A stretch of DNA of 63,334 bases, counting the filler, from Octopus bimaculoides (taxonomy: Eukaryota): NCBI RefSeq assembly GCF_001194135.2. It is 5 parts of 5 records of this genome, joined end to end, with 100 filler letters (N's around TTAATTAATTAA, not from the genome) between each part and the next. Parts side by side here need not be neighbours in the genome. Positions count along the whole stretch, not along the records: positions 61,242 to 63,334 come from NW_026304560.1; 4 more parts are not named here. One strand, given 5' to 3'. The notes below the pieces were generated by a model. That model made no database searches. It was not told the origin of the DNA and saw only the letters and a program-made list of their open reading frames with translations. Of the stretch, positions 62,215 to 63,334 are shown piece after piece. The number at the start of each line of letters is the position of its first letter. Position 1 is the first letter of the stretch. Position numbers and translations under genes: made by a program.

Positions 62215-63334
62215 GCGTATTTGAGGACAGATTTGTGCTTACAAAAAATCAAAACAGATATATAAAAACAGATAACTTTATCAAAAAATGCTATGAGGTT
62301 AAAAATAAACCTTCATTTCTATAATGTTATTCAATAAAGCCACTTTCAGCTTCAACAACTGCTTCTATATGAGATCTAAATCATCTCCATGCTCGAATCA
62401 AGCGGTCCTGGTTCATTTTGGACATTACTCTGACTATGGCAGCTTTCAAAGAATCTTTGGTGTTATGGGTGTGTTCATTGACCTCTCTCTCAACAACGCT
62501 CCACATGTAATAGTCCAATGGATTGAGATCTGTGGAATTAGGAGGCCAAATGTCAGGGGTTGTGTGATCATAAACATTTTCAGTCATCCATTCCTGTGTT
62601 ACTAGAGCCATATGTAATAGTGGAAAATCTTACTGAAACACATATGGCCTTCCATAATATACGCTGTCTATCTTGGGCTTGACCGATTACTTCCAGAGTC
62701 TCAATGTAAGCGGCAAAGTTAACATGTCCTTCATTGCTGACAACCCCTAATACCATGACAACTGCAGGAAATTTTGCATGCATAACACTTGGAACTTCAG
62801 AAGGGTCTGCACATAATCATGTCATTTCTTCTGTTAACTTTTTTGATGTTGGTTGAAGTTTTCCTCGTTTGAGAAAATTCAAATCAAATATTCTGCTGAA
62901 TTTTTCAGACTTTTAGAGCTGATGTAGTGATTTTCTTTTGCTTTTTCTGACGTATAAGAATTTTCCTCATCATATAAGACTTTCCTTAACATATAAGACT
63001 TTCCTCCTCATATCTGATGTCTTCGTCGACAACATTTTTGACTGTTCCTTCTGACACATGGAGATCTTTTGAAATTGACCACAGACTTTCTGAGATTGTA
63101 ATCAATGGTCTGTTGAACTTGCTAGATAAATTCAGGTGTTCTGGTGATTTCAGAGCGTTTAGAATGCTTTTATGTTTCGATACTGGTGATACGTTTCCAT
63201 CTTCAGTCTCTAGCTCCTTACAAACTTTGTAGACGAAAGATCTGGAAACTTTTAAAAATCGAGATATTTCCAAATCGCTATGCGCAGCCTTTATAACCAC
63301 AATAACAGCATGTCCCTTCATTTCTTGAGTAAGC
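62215..63334 (-). mobile_element. Decayed Tc1/mariner transposase, maT/DD37D-like
   Basis: N-terminal HTH (LEISRFLKVSRSFVYKV), KFPAVVMVLGVVSNEG and DIWPPNSTDLNPLDYYMWSVVE, split across frames. Confidence 0.85.

Noticed and set aside
1-63334. Most ORFs in the six-frame track (poly-YI/HT/CV/I/M/H peptides and X-filled ORFs)
   Set aside because: They are translations of microsatellites or of N gaps, which contain no stop codons.

Overview
This is eukaryotic, repeat-saturated animal DNA with about 25 N gaps. The microsatellite density, tRNA-derived SINEs and RTE LINE ends with (TGA)n tails point to an octopus-like cephalopod (inference). Nearly all long ORFs in the supplied track are microsatellite or N-run artefacts, and there is no CRISPR array or prokaryotic system. 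By manual splicing I reconstructed an 11-exon minus-strand NEDD1/GCP-WD-like gene (35562-45914): WD40 repeats, an S/T/P-rich linker and the C-terminal coiled coil. All junctions are GT-AG with matching phases; the 5' exon(s) were not located. Two phase-compatible plus-strand exons (17785-17912, 19107-19179) belong to a gene I cannot name. The rest is transposon debris: RTE (including a very young family), BovB-like, CR1-group and R4/Dong-like LINEs, Tc1/mariner fragments, SINEs, MITE-like inverted repeats and minisatellites. The most unusual signal is a set of minimal type-I hammerhead-ribozyme-like folds in short orphan elements beside (TA)n tracts. One has a canonical core (25610-25649); another has a compensatory G3:C8 core swap with perfect stems (30336-30386). 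All assignments come from reading the sequence by eye, with no searches run, and repeat boundaries are approximate.
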